64,000 bases of DNA from Fimbriimonadia bacterium (GCA_041483895.1 JBGPGO010000001.1:96001-160000); one strand, 5' to 3'. Positions 45,456 to 55,794 are shown, numbered from the stretch's first letter. Notes: a model not told the origin generated them from the letters alone. A program made the numbers and translations.

Positions 45456-48134
45456 ATGAACGAGAAACGATTTCCCATCACCGTAATCACGCACACGCGC
45501 AACGAAGAGGCGGACCTTGCGGCGTGCCTGGAGAGCGCAGTGGGTTGGGCGGACGAGATCATCGTGATGGACATGGAATCCACGGATCAAACGTGCGAGG
45601 TTGCCCGCAAATATACGGATCGCATCCTCTCCCACCCCAACATGACGGTGTGCGAACCTGCCCGCAACGCCGCCCTCAAAGAGGCCCGGAACGAATGGGC
45701 GCTCTACCTCGACGCCGACGAGCGACTGACCCCGGAACTGAAGAAGATCATCGAAGAGGTGCTCCAAAACGCCCCGCCGGACCTCGCCGCAGTGCAGCTT
45801 CCCTACAAGAATCTGGTGTTCGGAAAGTGGATCCAACATGCGGGCGGTTGGTGGCCCGGGTACAAGGCGCCGATGCTCGTGCGAAAGGGGCGCGTGACCT
45901 TCCATCCGGAGGTGCATTCCGTCCCCACCATCAAAGGCAAAATCGCCCGAATCGGCCCCAGCAACGAGCGGGAGGCGGTTGAGCACCACACGTTCCGCAC
46001 CGTGCATGACTGGATCGGCAAGATGAACCGCTATACCGACCTGGAGGCGGAGCTGTTCGAACAGCACGGCGAACCGGTCGATTGGCGTGCAGCGGCCCAG
46101 ATTTTCGGCGCGAAGATGAAAGCCTATTTGGATGAGACCGGCGGGCGGAACGATGGAACCGAGGGCTGGCTTCTCTCCGCTTGTTGCGCGATCTATGATC
46201 TGTTTACGCACATGAAGTATTGGGAGCGGCTGAAAGGCAAGCCGGGCTTCAACCCCACGCTGTGCATTCCGCCGAGCGCCGCTGAGTTCCTTGCCGTCGC
46301 CACCCAGGCGGCGGGCGGATCCGTGGCTGCCGGGCAAGCGACCGCACCCGCTTGGATCCTGCCGTTGGTCAACCTGCTGAAGCGTCGGGAAGGTGGCATC
46401 TATTTCCCCGGCCTGCCCCAATCAATTGACAAGCCGGCGAAGGCGACTTCAGTTGTCCTATGGAGCGCCGATACGGTCAACGCCGAAGAGTTGGTGGGTT
46501 TGGCGACAAAGACGAAACCTGGGACGTTCATCATGCTCGGCTACCCAACCTGCACGAACGGAGCCGAGTTGCGGGAGAAGCTGGAGACGCTGTTCGATTC
46601 AACCGTGCACTTCCTCGACCCCGAGCCGGAGACCGACCGCCTCATCGCATTCCTGTGGAAGGGCGAGAAGATCGAAGTGGAGCGCACGGTATTGGTCACG
46701 GTCCATCGGAACGCCCTGCGGATGATGGGGGGCGGCGAGACGCATGTGTTCAAAATCCTGGTGGATGCCGCCCGGAATCAGCGAATTCGCGCCGATGTAT
46801 CCGCCGCCATGCGCCTCGATGGGGCCCCGTACGACCTGGTGCACGTCGTTTCGCTCTACCAGCCCGACCACGTGGAGGCCATCCGAACTTGGAACAAGAA
46901 GGTCGCCGTAACGCCCATCTACTGGGACGGGCCGCGGGTCAACTGGATCGCCCAGGTCCTTCCCGCCGTCTTGGATCCCGCCCGCACCGATGAAGAGCGA
47001 ACCGAGCTGCTGCAACTGTTGGAATCTCGCGAGTTGGGCGCCAACGACGTGAAGCAGGAAGAGGCTCGAAGCGACATCGAGACCACATTGGCATTGCGAA
47101 CCGTTCGCGACCTTGGGCAGATCCTGATGCCGACGGGAGAAAATGAAGCGCGTGAAATGGAGCGGATGCTCGGCTCCACAACCGTGGCGGCAAGAACGGT
47201 TTTGCACGGAATCAACCCAGAACCGTTTTTGCAAGGGACTCCGGATCGGTTCGTCAAGGAGTTTGGCCTGAAGGAATTCGTGCTGTGCGTCGGGCGAATC
47301 GAGCCGATGAAGAACCAGTTGATGCTTGCATACTCACTGCGAAACAGCGGCCGCAAACTTGTGTTGATGGGGACGCCATCGAGCCCGGAATATATGGCCC
47401 TCATCCAGCATTGGGCCGGTGACAATTTATTGCAAATCCCCAACCAGCCAATCGAGATAGTGGCGAGCGCGATGAAAGCGGCTGCCTGCCACGTTCTGCC
47501 TAGCTGGTGGGAGGTGCCGGGGCTGGTCAGCATCGAGGCTGCCGCCGCCGGGTGCCCTGTCGTCGCAACCGACTGCGGCACCATCCGGGACTATCTGGGT
47601 GATGGAATTCGATATTGCGATCCCGCCTCGTCGTCGTCCATCTTGCAAGCCGTGGAGGCTGCCATCGCAAACAAAGGTTCGGAACGAGCGAGAGCGGTGC
47701 AGCAGCTTGCCGCCACATTTTCCATTCACCGGACAGCACAAAGCTACAACGCGGCGTACAAAGAACTGCTCGGCGCGGCGAAGGTGCGCCTGGTGGTCGC
47801 GCCGGATTGGGATGCCCCGGAGACATGGCAGCCGATTCTGCGGGCCTATCTGGACGCGTACGGCCCCGAGGACGGCGTAACGCTGTGCATGATGGTGGAT
47901 GAGCCGACCGGCAAGGATGCCGCCGCCGCAGCGGAACTCACGACAAGCTATTGCCAAAGCGAAGGCATAGACGTTCTGGGCTCGGCCGATATCGAGCTGG
48001 TCGACCTCATGTCGGTGGGCGACGTGGCAGGAGTCGTCGCCACTGGCTCGAAGGCGGAAAAGCTCCTGCAGGAACAGTTCCAATTCCCGCTCCTCGACTT
48101 TCGCGCCGAGTGGGCATCGCGCAAGACGACCTAG
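45456..48134 (+). CDS. Multidomain glycosyltransferase: GT2 + middle domain + GT4
   Basis: GT2 'TRNEE...MDMESTD...YLDADE'; GT4 'VGRIEPMKNQ', 'EVPGLVSIEAAAAG'. Confidence 0.88.
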   Translation: MNEKRFPITVITHTRNEEADLAACLESAVGWADEIIVMDMESTDQTCEVARKYTDRILSHPNMTVCEPARNAALKEARNEWALYLDADERLTPELKKIIEEVLQNAPPDLAAVQLPYKNLVFGKWIQHAGGWWPGYKAPMLVRKGRVTFHPEVHSVPTIKGKIARIGPSNEREAVEHHTFRTVHDWIGKMNRYTDLEAELFEQHGEPVDWRAAAQIFGAKMKAYLDETGGRNDGTEGWLLSACCAIYDLFTHMKYWERLKGKPGFNPTLCIPPSAAEFLAVATQAAGGSVAAGQATAPAWILPLVNLLKRREGGIYFPGLPQSIDKPAKATSVVLWSADTVNAEELVGLATKTKPGTFIMLGYPTCTNGAELREKLETLFDSTVHFLDPEPETDRLIAFLWKGEKIEVERTVLVTVHRNALRMMGGGETHVFKILVDAARNQRIRADVSAAMRLDGAPYDLVHVVSLYQPDHVEAIRTWNKKVAVTPIYWDGPRVNWIAQVLPAVLDPARTDEERTELLQLLESRELGANDVKQEEARSDIETTLALRTVRDLGQILMPTGENEAREMERMLGSTTVAARTVLHGINPEPFLQGTPDRFVKEFGLKEFVLCVGRIEPMKNQLMLAYSLRNSGRKLVLMGTPSSPEYMALIQHWAGDNLLQIPNQPIEIVASAMKAAACHVLPSWWEVPGLVSIEAAAAGCPVVATDCGTIRDYLGDGIRYCDPASSSSILQAVEAAIANKGSERARAVQQLAATFSIHRTAQSYNAAYKELLGAAKVRLVVAPDWDAPETWQPILRAYLDAYGPEDGVTLCMMVDEPTGKDAAAAAELTTSYCQSEGIDVLGSADIELVDLMSVGDVAGVVATGSKAEKLLQEQFQFPLLDFRAEWASRKTT

Positions 48135-48135
48135 C

Positions 48136-51100
48136 CTATTTTTTCGGATGAACTTTGATCGGAGCCGGCGGTTCGTGCGGCCGGACAACCGGATGCTTCC
48201 TTAACTCACCTTGAAGATAGGCGATCGCGCGATCCAATTGCGGATCGTCTCCTTTCACGTAGGCGTTTGGGTCGCTTTCCACATCGATGTCCGGATCGAC
48301 GCCGTGTCCCTCCACGATCCAGCCTTTCTGCGGCGTCCAGGCGCCGTAGTTGGGGACGTTGATAACGCCGCCATCCACGAGGGGCCAACCCGGCGAGGAG
48401 CCGACCAGACCTCCCCAGGTTCTACGTCCGATCAATGGCCCCAAACCGGCGGCCCGAAAGTTCGTGGGAAACTGCTCGCCATCGGAAGCATTGTATTCAT
48501 TGATGAGACAGGCCAATGGTCCTGGAAAATAGTCGCGCTGGACGGCCTGACTCACTTGGTTGCGCTGGTTGAAGAAATCGAGCGGCTTTTGCATCAGCAC
48601 ATTGATGATCGCGCCGGAAACGTTGCCGCCCCCATTGAATCGGGTGTCGACTATGAGCGCGTCCTTCCCTCTGACCGGATAGTACTGCTTGATAAAATCC
48701 GCCATGTCTTCTTCCCCCATCGCTTGCAGATGAAGATACGCGATTTTTCCGCCGGAGGCTTTGTCAACATAGTTCCGATTTTGCTGGACCCAATCTCGAT
48801 ACTTCATGCCGCTCTCGCTCGGCGCGGGCTTGATTCGGACGGTTCGCGCGCCGTCAGCCGTCGGTTTGTCGTTGACTTTGATCGCGACGATCTGGCCGGC
48901 GCGATTGGCCAATCCTTGCATGAATCGCATGCCGTCCTTTGTCGAGATTCCTGCGACCTCGATCAGGTAATCGCCGTCCTTTGCTCCGAGGCCGGGCGCG
49001 GCAAGCGGCGACCTGTCCGACACGCTGAATCCATCGCCGCGATAGATCTTTTTGATCCGGAAACATCCAGACGGATCGGGTTCTAATTCCGCTCCCAAAA
49101 AGCCCTGTGGAACCGGCTTGAACAGCGTCCTCGTGTCGCCGTCATCCCGGAACATGTGCCCGGTGGTCAGCTCGGATTGAAGCCAGCGAATCAACAGCGA
49201 AACCTCGTCGCGGGAGCGCACCGCGGGAAGAAATTTGGCGTATTTTTCTCCGAGCGCCGGCCAATCCGCACCGTGCATGTTGGCGACATAGAAATAGTCG
49301 CGCAGCAGGCGCCAGGAGTCCCAATAGATCTCCTCCCACTCTTTGACCGGATCGATCCGCAACTGGAGATTTCCGAACTTCACCACACCGTCCGTGGGCT
49401 TAACCTCCTCCACGGTCGCGTCTACCACCTGGAGCTTTGGCCCCTCGCCGAGCAGCAGTTTCTTGCCATCCGCAGAGAGCTGGAAATCGGGCGCTCCGGC
49501 AAGCTGGCCGCCCTTCTTCTCCTTCAAATCGTAATACGAAACTTCCTCTTCCGTCCGAGCAATGACTCGGTCACCGGTTAGCGCAACCTCTAGGTATTCC
49601 GCCGGCTCCATCGGGACCTCGACGAAGCGATCGTATATCCCGTCCACGTCCAAATGAAACGCTTGCTCTTTTGGCTTGGCCTCGTCCGTTTCCTCCTCTG
49701 CCGACGGAGAAACACCGGACTCTTCCTCATCCGGTGCAAGCAGAGGCGACTTGCCGTCTTTTTGGACAGCCAGCAGATACACCTTTGCGGTATCTTGATT
49801 ATCAAGTTGGCCGATGAACGTGTCCCACTTTGGCGCAATGTTGCGATGGGAGAGAAAGACGATCCACTTGCCGTCGATGCTGAATTTGGGAGCAAAGTCG
49901 TCATGGTATCCGTCGCTCACCATGATGGTTTTCTTCGTCGCGATTTCATATAGTTTTAGGGACGAAATGTACGTAATCGGATCGTTTTCGCTATAGACAA
50001 TCCATCGAGAATCGGGAGAAAAATCGTGCGGCGGGCCATCCCAGCCGGATCCCTTGCCGATGGCAGCCTCTCCCGTCCCGTCGGCCTTGATAATTCGCAG
50101 CAGATCGGCGCTGTCCGTAAAGGCGATCCAGTTGCCGTCCGGCGACCACGATGTGCCGGTGATCTGTCTATTGGAATCCTTCGTGAGCTGTTTCGGGTTT
50201 GCGCCTTCCGCGTCGGCAATGTATAGCTGCTGCTCCCGAGTCTCATCCGAGACATAGGCGATCTTCTTGGCGTCCCGCGACATGGATGGCCACCGCAGCC
50301 GCGCGCCGTCCTTTGCCATCACGACCCGCGCGTCTCCCTCCTTGGCGGGAATGGAAACGATCTGTCCCCGAGATTCCACCAATATGCGCTTGCCGGTCGC
50401 GCCAAGCGACACGGTTTGCACTTTGGATTCCGCCGGAGTGAGGAACGGCAGCGCGTGCAGCCGGTCGCTAGTAAGACTGAACTCCATCGACGAGATCTCG
50501 CCGGTTGCGAGGTCGATCATCTCTAGACCGGTTCCCTTTTCATAGATTAGGCGCTTACCGTCCGTCTGGAGCGCACGAATCTCTTCATTGTACGGTCCGG
50601 CAATGCGCTGGAATCCGCTTCCATCCGGCTTGATGGAATTAACGCTGAAACGATTGTCGCCCTCGTCCTTGGCAAAATAGATTCGGTCGCCGGCCCACAC
50701 CGGGAACTCGGACGTATAGGTCGCGGAGTAGATTCTCTTGAAGCTCTTGGTTTCCAAGTCGCCGACCCAGATGTCGTTCTTCGTCCCGCCCTGGTAGCTG
50801 AACCATGCCTCTTGGCTCCGCGCGAAGCGCGTAAATGTGAATCGGTGACCATCCGGCGCGAAGGAGGCCGTGTCGGCAAATTCCAACGGAATTTTGGTCG
50901 GCAATCCGCCCGCGGCGGGAACGAGGCTAAGGGACACGTATCCGGGCCTGCCGCTCAGCTCCGCGTACAGTATCTTGCTTCCATTGGGCGTCCAGTCGCA
51001 GGGGCGCGGGGTCGTGCCACTGTATGTCAGGCGCGTGGGAATCCCGCCCTCGGTAGGCATGATATAGAGTTCCCGCGCGCCTCCATATTGGGCGGCAAAG

Positions 51101-51312
51101 GCTATCTGCTTGGCGTCAGGCGAGAACCGCGCGGCCATCTCCTGGCCCTCGTCGTGGGTCAGGCGCGAGGCGTTGTGGGTGACCAGGTCGCCGAGCCACA
51201 GATCCCCCTCGCAGGTGAACACCACCTGATCGCCTTGGATGTCGGGGAACCGGAAAAAGGCTGAGGGAACCGCATGCTGGGACGACAGAAGCAGAGAAAG
51301 CAGGAAGAACAT
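48136..51312 (-). CDS. Tricorn-like S41 protease (beta-propellers, PDZ, catalytic domain)
   Basis: Repeated propeller motifs ('FSPD', 'WSPDG'), 'DTRFNGGG', 'ASDGE', 'GRRTWGG', 'EGHGVDPD'. Confidence 0.95.
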   Translation of the reverse strand: MFFLLSLLLSSQHAVPSAFFRFPDIQGDQVVFTCEGDLWLGDLVTHNASRLTHDEGQEMAARFSPDAKQIAFAAQYGGARELYIMPTEGGIPTRLTYSGTTPRPCDWTPNGSKILYAELSGRPGYVSLSLVPAAGGLPTKIPLEFADTASFAPDGHRFTFTRFARSQEAWFSYQGGTKNDIWVGDLETKSFKRIYSATYTSEFPVWAGDRIYFAKDEGDNRFSVNSIKPDGSGFQRIAGPYNEEIRALQTDGKRLIYEKGTGLEMIDLATGEISSMEFSLTSDRLHALPFLTPAESKVQTVSLGATGKRILVESRGQIVSIPAKEGDARVVMAKDGARLRWPSMSRDAKKIAYVSDETREQQLYIADAEGANPKQLTKDSNRQITGTSWSPDGNWIAFTDSADLLRIIKADGTGEAAIGKGSGWDGPPHDFSPDSRWIVYSENDPITYISSLKLYEIATKKTIMVSDGYHDDFAPKFSIDGKWIVFLSHRNIAPKWDTFIGQLDNQDTAKVYLLAVQKDGKSPLLAPDEEESGVSPSAEEETDEAKPKEQAFHLDVDGIYDRFVEVPMEPAEYLEVALTGDRVIARTEEEVSYYDLKEKKGGQLAGAPDFQLSADGKKLLLGEGPKLQVVDATVEEVKPTDGVVKFGNLQLRIDPVKEWEEIYWDSWRLLRDYFYVANMHGADWPALGEKYAKFLPAVRSRDEVSLLIRWLQSELTTGHMFRDDGDTRTLFKPVPQGFLGAELEPDPSGCFRIKKIYRGDGFSVSDRSPLAAPGLGAKDGDYLIEVAGISTKDGMRFMQGLANRAGQIVAIKVNDKPTADGARTVRIKPAPSESGMKYRDWVQQNRNYVDKASGGKIAYLHLQAMGEEDMADFIKQYYPVRGKDALIVDTRFNGGGNVSGAIINVLMQKPLDFFNQRNQVSQAVQRDYFPGPLACLINEYNASDGEQFPTNFRAAGLGPLIGRRTWGGLVGSSPGWPLVDGGVINVPNYGAWTPQKGWIVEGHGVDPDIDVESDPNAYVKGDDPQLDRAIAYLQGELRKHPVVRPHEPPAPIKVHPKK

Positions 51313-51348
51313 GCGGATTGATACGAGATAGGAGCCGGTTTTCCTGCC

Positions 51349-51696
51349 CTAATCGTCGACGCGAGAAAAATAGATGACCGTAACGTGGTGCTGCGGAGTG
51401 ATAACGTCGTCGTAGATGCGGGAAAGCAGCCCTATCACGTCGTCCTGGCTTCGGAACTCAGGATTTTCCCGCTCGATGTCCCTGGGCGAGAGCTCGGCGA
51501 TCGGTTTGACTTCGACCCGGTCGATGATGGCGGTGTACAGCTTCTGGCGGCGCCCGAACCGGCGCCCGACGGTGATCCACACAAGTTGCCCGGCCACATA
51601 CTTTTCGGCCTTGTCCCCCAGGCGGATGGAAACCGTCTTACGATTGTTTCGGAGAACGTCTCCGTAGATGTCGGAGTAAAAGTTTAGGGCGAACAT
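51349..51696 (-). CDS. ASCH/PUA-like domain protein
   Basis: 'LNFY...RKTVSIRLG...L..RDIERE...LSRIY...VTVIYF'; GGAGG SD. Confidence 0.8.
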   Translation of the reverse strand: MFALNFYSDIYGDVLRNNRKTVSIRLGDKAEKYVAGQLVWITVGRRFGRRQKLYTAIIDRVEVKPIAELSPRDIERENPEFRSQDDVIGLLSRIYDDVITPQHHVTVIYFSRVDD

Positions 51697-51919
51697 TTAG
51701 ACGGCAACCTCCATTTGGACAGCCAATTGTAACACCTGAAGGGACAAAGTTCAACTGCCTGGTCAACACTATTTCATCCGCTGCGAATAGGCAGATTCGG
51801 CGGGTGCTCGGGTTAATCCTTTGTGATTTGGAAGGAATTTGCCATAATTAACATAGAAAAAAGTACTCACCTCTCAAAGGGTATGTACGGTGCAGATTTC
51901 GAAACGGAGATGACAATCT

Positions 51920-52540
51920 ATGGCAATCGAAACTCCCGCAGCCGTTGGAACGAAGATACGCATCGCCATTGTGGACTCGCAAACCATTTTCCGTGATGGT
52001 CTTGTGAGCTTGCTTTCGTCCCTGTCACAGGTTCAGCTTGTCGGAGCCTGCGAGGACGCGCGGCACGCCATTACCCTTTGCCGGGAAACCCGTCCCGACG
52101 TCCTGCTGCTCAGCGTCCAGGTTGCCGCCCGGCTGTCGCCGGGAGAGATGGGGGAATTCGGCCAAACAAAAGTAGTCTTGCTCGCCGATTCTACCGGGCC
52201 AATGGTCCTACGCGAACTTTCGCATTTGGCGGCCGGCGTCATCCGCCGGCAGGATACGACGGACCGCCTCCTGAAAACTCTTGCGATGGCCCTGAGCGGC
52301 GGATCCGGCGCCAGTGCCGCTCCGGTCGGGGCCCTCATCAGCCAACGGTCGCGGACAAACGGGCTGAGCGAAAGGGAGAGTGAAATCGCATCTTTGGTGG
52401 CACACGGCATGTCGAATCGGGAGATTGCGACCCAATTGAAGCTCAGCGAACAGAGCGTGAAGAACCTGGTGAGCCGGATACTGAAGAAGCTGGGTCTCAA
52501 CAATCGGGTACAGATCGCCATGAAATGCTGGGTGAACTAA
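51920..52540 (+). CDS. NarL/LuxR-family regulator with atypical receiver domain
   Basis: HTH 'LSERESEIASLVAHGMSNREIA...VKNLVSRILKKL'; receiver reads 'PDVLLLSV'. Confidence 0.9.
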   Translation: MAIETPAAVGTKIRIAIVDSQTIFRDGLVSLLSSLSQVQLVGACEDARHAITLCRETRPDVLLLSVQVAARLSPGEMGEFGQTKVVLLADSTGPMVLRELSHLAAGVIRRQDTTDRLLKTLAMALSGGSGASAAPVGALISQRSRTNGLSERESEIASLVAHGMSNREIATQLKLSEQSVKNLVSRILKKLGLNNRVQIAMKCWVN

Positions 52541-53208
52541 CTCCATCTCCGAGCGGACGCCGCGTTGTTACCGCTATGATTGTTGCGCCACTGGTCATCG
52601 CCATCATCTGCCTGCCTACGTGGGTTCCGTTCGTGGCGTTGTTGGCCTTGGTGGGGGTGTTGGCGTGGTGGGAAGCCTTTCGTCTGCTAACGAGGTCCCC
52701 CGGGCCCGCGATCGTCCTCGCCACGATCTATGTCTTCGTTCCTCTCAGTTGCCTCGCCGCGCTTCGGATTATGGGTTCTGTCGCGGTGGGCGGTCGCTTT
52801 TCACTGTCTTCGGGGGCGATTGCGTTGCTGCAGATTCTGTTCACCACCTGGGCCGGGGATTCCGCCGCCTACTTCTTGGGCAGCGCGATCGGACGGCACA
52901 AGATTGCGCCAAACGTATCGCCAAACAAAAGCTGGGAGGGCGCGGCTGCGAATTTCGCGTTCTGCCTTCTCGTTTCGTGGGCCTACGGCGGTTGGGCCGG
53001 CGAGCCATCGTGGCTGGCCGTTTCCGTCGGCGCGGTGATAGGGGTGCTGGGCCAAGCGGGAGATCTCCTCGAGTCCTCTATCAAGCGGCGGGCCGGGGTG
53101 AAGGATTCCAGCTCAATACTGCCGGGCCATGGTGGGGTCCTGGACCGGATTGACAGCATCCTGCTGGCCGCGCCGTTCGTTTTCCTGTTGTTCCGACTCG
53201 CGAGTTAG
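52525..53208 (+). CDS. cdsA: Phosphatidate cytidylyltransferase
   Basis: 'SPNKSWEG', 'GDLLESSIKR', 'KDSSSILPGHGGVLDRIDS'. Confidence 0.95.
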   Translation: MLGELTPSPSGRRVVTAMIVAPLVIAIICLPTWVPFVALLALVGVLAWWEAFRLLTRSPGPAIVLATIYVFVPLSCLAALRIMGSVAVGGRFSLSSGAIALLQILFTTWAGDSAAYFLGSAIGRHKIAPNVSPNKSWEGAAANFAFCLLVSWAYGGWAGEPSWLAVSVGAVIGVLGQAGDLLESSIKRRAGVKDSSSILPGHGGVLDRIDSILLAAPFVFLLFRLAS

Positions 53209-54875
53209 CCTCCGACGCCAAGGATTTTCACAGTCGCCTGATCGATTGTTCCAGCGCGGACGATGCCTTTGACCGCCACGACATCGCCTACCTGCCAATG
53301 GAGAAACTTGTCCGGATCTTTCTCCTCAACCGGGATTTGCCGACCGCCGATCGACTCCTCGACCACAAGCGGATTGACGGAAATCACAGAAAGGTTTTTC
53401 ATAACGATGGTGTCTCCGTCCTGTGCCGTAGCGAATCTGAGTGTCAGATCACCGCGGATCGAGTTCGCCGTTGTCGCGCTGCCGCGCAGAACCAGCACAC
53501 CGTGGATATCTCCGGGATCGACGTCAAGCGTCCCCGCCGTCCGACCTGGGGAATAGTCGACTGGCAACCGCACGCGATATGTTCCCGGCGTAACATCGAG
53601 GAAGGCATAAAACCCTGTGCCGTCCGTGGTTGTGCATGCCATCTCCTCGCCGTGATCGTCCACCAACCAGACCGTTAGTTCTTCAACCCATTGCAAATCC
53701 TGACTTAGAACGGTGCCAAAGACACTCCCATTCTTCGGCTGCACTTTCCACGGCAGTTGCGGCGGAAAGGGCGTGCGATCGATCGCGCCAAGACGGTCGT
53801 AGAAAGAATCCTCGAACTCTTTTATCCCGCTTCCGTCGTCGCTGGTGCTGGCGTAGGAGAACAGATTGAATCCGAGCGGGAAGCTGTTCCCTGCCCTCTC
53901 AATCTGGCTCATCGTATCGTCCTGGGTGTTCAGATAGCAGCCGAGGCCGGGGACCAGCTCGCGTTTGCCCTGCCGGTCTTTGGCCCACGCCAGCCATTCG
54001 TCCAGATACCACGGCAGCTTTTTGTCGCTCGCGTACCACATCGGGATGCCTAGGTCCAGAATGCCTTCGTTGAGCCACGCCTGCCAGTCCTGAAAGACGC
54101 GCGAATAGGCCGCCGACTGGGTCCAATCGTCCGGCGGATGGCCCCACGGAATCAGGGCGGCGGTCACCATCGTTTCCCACTTGAGTGACGCGGTAGTGGC
54201 GTAGATTTTTCGCACCAAAGCGGTCACCTGGTCGCGCCGCCATTGGGTCCATTGCTGGTCGGTGGGATCCGGCTGCCCTGTCTTGCCGTAGCGAGCATTG
54301 AACCGCCGGACGCTCTCTTCGTTGTAGCCCCAATCCGGGCCGACAAATCGAATGAAATCCAGGTGCAGGCCATCCACCGGATAGTTGCGCGCGACCTCCA
54401 TATAGGTGCGCCACAGATAGTCGGCTGCCCCAGGATTGCCGAAATCCAGTCCCCGTCCGACCTCCCCGGCGATCTCCCCCTTGGCGTTTTTTGTTATCCA
54501 ATCGGGATGGACGCGGACGACGTGGTCCGGTTGGGGCGGGTCGCTGCTGGCAGGCCAAAGCGGATGAGCGTTCATCCAGGCGTGGACCTGGATGCCGGTC
54601 CCTTTCGCCTTTTGCAAGATGTAGGCAAGCGCGTCGAAACCAGGGTCTTTATCGTGCGCGGGCGGATCGATGGCGCTCGTGTGATAGGCGGCGGCCCGCG
54701 CCCGCATCTGGACGAACAGGGCGTTGATCTTCGCCTTCTTCGCCCGCTCGAAAAGCTGATCCACCTCTTGCGGCGACTTGAAACCCGGATGAAACGCATC
54801 CACCCACAAGCCGCGATAGGTTTGGGCATGGAGGCTTGCGACAAGAAACGTTGACAACAAGAGAAGCTTTTTCAT
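53205..54875 (-). CDS. GHL10 (DUF187) family glycosyl hydrolase-like exported protein with C-terminal accessory domains
   Basis: 'YRGLWV', 'INALFVQ', 'QVHAWMN', 'VDGLHLDFIR', 'QDWQAW'; ATG 54875 begins a signal peptide. Confidence 0.88.
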   Translation of the reverse strand: MKKLLLLSTFLVASLHAQTYRGLWVDAFHPGFKSPQEVDQLFERAKKAKINALFVQMRARAAAYHTSAIDPPAHDKDPGFDALAYILQKAKGTGIQVHAWMNAHPLWPASSDPPQPDHVVRVHPDWITKNAKGEIAGEVGRGLDFGNPGAADYLWRTYMEVARNYPVDGLHLDFIRFVGPDWGYNEESVRRFNARYGKTGQPDPTDQQWTQWRRDQVTALVRKIYATTASLKWETMVTAALIPWGHPPDDWTQSAAYSRVFQDWQAWLNEGILDLGIPMWYASDKKLPWYLDEWLAWAKDRQGKRELVPGLGCYLNTQDDTMSQIERAGNSFPLGFNLFSYASTSDDGSGIKEFEDSFYDRLGAIDRTPFPPQLPWKVQPKNGSVFGTVLSQDLQWVEELTVWLVDDHGEEMACTTTDGTGFYAFLDVTPGTYRVRLPVDYSPGRTAGTLDVDPGDIHGVLVLRGSATTANSIRGDLTLRFATAQDGDTIVMKNLSVISVNPLVVEESIGGRQIPVEEKDPDKFLHWQVGDVVAVKGIVRAGTIDQATVKILGVGG

Positions 54876-54918
54876 GAAAACGGTTGAGCTATTGTAGCCA
54901 GTATAATAGAATGTAGGC

Positions 54919-55794
54919 ATGAGACCTCTCATTGTCGGCGTACTTGTGTGTGCCGCTGGCGCTGTTCCCGCCGACCACGTCACGACACACATCGAATGGG
55001 GTGGGTGGGCTGTAGGATCGACGGAAGAGATGTGGCGAGTGCGGGAAAACTATAGCTATCCGCTGACCAATCTGCTCGACAACGATCCAAAGACTGCTTG
55101 GATCTTCCGCGGAACCACGAAGCGATACGGAGCCGGCCCATTTTGGCAAAAGCGATATGGCATCATCGTGAAGTTTCCGAAAGTGATGCCGATTGACGGG
55201 ATCCGATTGATGAACGGATATAACAAAGATCCGGAAACATTCCGTCGTAACAACCGTGCCATCGAAATCCAAGTAGGGACCTACTTTGAAAGGGCCTTTG
55301 CCAAGTTTCAGCTTCCAGACAAAATGGGCTGGCACACGATAAGATTTAAGGCCCGAAAACTTGGAGACATAGCAGTCTACTTAACAAAATTTGCTCGCGG
55401 GCGCGACAACGATGTCTGCATTTCCGGCCTGGAAATCCTCTCAAACGGCAAAACCCTTCGGATGCATCCTGGCGCCGCGCTCGTTTTCAGCCCAGGGGAC
55501 GAATGCGGGTGAGGAACCTGTTATCGGGTGATCAACCCGAAAGGCCAGGTCTTGGCCACAATGAACAATACGGAGCGATGGCCCGAATTCAGTGCGGATG
55601 GGAGATACGTCGCGGGTTGGACTCCGCTGAAAAAAGGAATTCGGACTTGGGTATTTCACACCTTAAGCGGGCGCCAGATTTTGACCAGCTACATCAAAGC
55701 AAAGTACTTGATCGGTGCCGGATTCAAACGCGGGAAAGTGACCTACACCTCCGAGAACGGTCAAGACTATGTCTACCGGTTGCCGTGGCCCTGA
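54919..55794 (+). CDS. Exported protein with discoidin-like N-domain and in-frame TGA at codon 198: candidate selenoprotein (alternatives: nonsense pseudogene or two genes)
   Basis: ORFs 54919-55512 and 55528-55794 share a frame (offset 609 nt); read-through gives DECG-U-GTCYRVINPKG; N-domain has 'NLLDNDPKTAW', 'IRLMNGYNK', 'DVCISGLEI'. Confidence 0.6.
55513..55553 (+). promoter_or_regulatory. Putative bacterial SECIS element
   Basis: Lower stem ACCTG(55516-20)/CAGGT(55546-50); upper stem TCGGGT(55524-29)/ACCCGA(55535-40); loop GATCA starts with G after a 17-nt gap from the TGA. Confidence 0.5.
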
